Source: Glaucostegus cemiculus (Eukaryota). Taken from it: a DNA stretch of 64,000 nt. The stretch spans positions 19,468,001-19,532,000 of the forward strand of contig CDPCPM010000095.1 in assembly GCA_976551045.1 (NCBI GenBank), given 5' to 3'. Positions 62,555-64,000 of the stretch are shown here, piece after piece; the first letter of the stretch is position 1; every line of letters begins with the position of its first letter. The notes below the pieces were generated by a model, which saw only the letters and a program-made list of their open reading frames with translations, had not been told where the DNA came from and did not search any database. Position numbers and translations under genes: made by a program.

Positions 62555-63420
62555 AGGCCTAAAGAGGCCTTTTTTTGGTTGGCAAGATGTAGTGAGTGGT
62601 GTGCCAGAGGAATCCATGCTGGAACCCCAACTTCTTACAATTCATATAAAGGTCTTGGATGAAGACACTGAATGTATAATCGCTAACTTTGGTGCAGGCA
62701 CAGATTTGGGTAAAAAGTAATTTGTGAAGAGGACCAAAGAGGACTACAAAAGGACTTTGATAGATTAAGTAATTAATTTTTCAATTTTTTCAATTTTATT
62801 TACAGCATGGTAACAGGCCCTTTTGGCCCTCCGAGTCCACGCTGCCCATTTTAAACCCCCAAATTAACCTACCCGTACGTCTTTGAGAATGTGGGAGGAA
62901 ACCGGAGCACCCAGAGGAAACCCACGCAGACACGGGGAGAACATACAAACTCCTTACAGACAGCGACGGGAATCGAACCCTGATCGCTGGCGCTGTAACA
63001 GCTTCGTGCTAACCACTATACTATCGTGCCACCCCCATTTAGGTTTGATAAATGCAGCATAATTTGGGAAAACATAAAATAGTGTATTTTCACAGAAAAA
63101 TAATAAAAGCAGGGTATATTTTCTAAATCCTGAGAAATTGAAAGTTCTGAGATGCAGTGGGATCTGGTTGTTCGAGTGCATGATTCACAAAAGGCTGGTA
63201 TACAGATACAGCAAGTAGTTAGAATTTTATTATCATCATGAGGTGAATTGAATGCAGAAGAAGACTTCAGTTATACAGGACACCAGGGAAACTATATCTG
63301 CAGTACTGTGTACAGTATTGGTCTCCTGACTTAAGGAGGGATGCTAATACATTGGACAAAGTTGAGAGAAGGTTTATTGGACCAGTACTTGGAATGGGAG
63401 GTTGTCCTGTGAGATGCTTG
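62555..63420 (+). mobile_element. Degraded CR1 RT fragment interrupted by a SINE
   Basis: 'gtgagtggtgtgccagaggaatccatgctggaacccc' (GVP.GS.LGP motif) and 'gtactgtgtacagtattggtctcc'. Confidence 0.65.
62775..63034 (-). mobile_element. Young tRNA-derived V-SINE (same family as 9553-9793)
   Basis: Intact A and B boxes, V-domain and A-rich tail on the minus strand. Confidence 0.85.
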
Positions 63421-64000
63421 GTTTAGAATGTTGGATGTCATCGATGAAGACATTCACACCCATACTACTAACATTTGCTGCAAACGCGCATAGCAGGCTG
63501 ACAGGAAAAACACAACGTTGATCAGTTGGCAATGATGACTAGATGCCAGTGCTACTATTTTGGAGCTCAACACTCCAAAAATGCTTCCTCTTAAACAAAC
63601 AAGATTGAGAATGAGTTCAGCATAAGAAGTAAACTCACCCAAACTCCTGCCAAAGTGCTTCTCCCCAGCTGTTTGAGAGGGGAATAGCAATTGGTTGTTG
63701 GCTGATGTCCTTTGGCTGTTGCTGTGATTCTGATCTCTAGAACTGGTTCAGGTCACAAATATCTCCAGCGAGCTGTGTGCCTGGCATTGATCATGAATAT
63801 TGATGTGATTTACACTGACAAGAGTTCAGACAATGGCCATAAACCCGAAAAAGGGAAGTTGCTCTCAGAACTTTTCTCACCTCAAGTTGCTCAGTGGCAT
63901 GAATATCACATTGCAATTTTTAGATTAGATTTTCTCAGTTTGGAAACTAATTTTTCCTCTCAATAGAAACCAGGACAAACAAGGTTTAAAATCGAATTGG

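Overview
Repeat-rich, gene-poor vertebrate DNA whose repeat content points to a cartilaginous fish (inference): CR1 LINEs, tRNA-derived V-SINEs, DeuSINE/SacSINE-like relics, Rex1/Babar LINEs and Penelope-like elements (PLEs). No host protein-coding gene could be identified. Every recognisable ORF derives from a retroelement (CR1 RT and ORF1 esterase, Rex1 RT/DUF1891, PLE GIY-YIG), so the window is most likely a long intron or intergenic region. Main points: (1) about a dozen PLE-derived repeats carry a minimal type I hammerhead ribozyme motif, best copy 55242-55279 (-), and several form fold-back or inverted-tail structures. (2) A strong minus-strand splice signal at about 17.9 kb suggests a 14-nt microexon or a recursive splice site. 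(3) Three solo LTRs have perfect 5-bp TSDs. (4) There is a diverged non-coding duplication with a conserved hairpin, and a 90-bp inverted templated copy. (5) Some AT-rich, repeat-free blocks look like conserved enhancers. There is one 134-N assembly gap. Repeat boundaries were read by eye and are approximate unless TSDs are stated.
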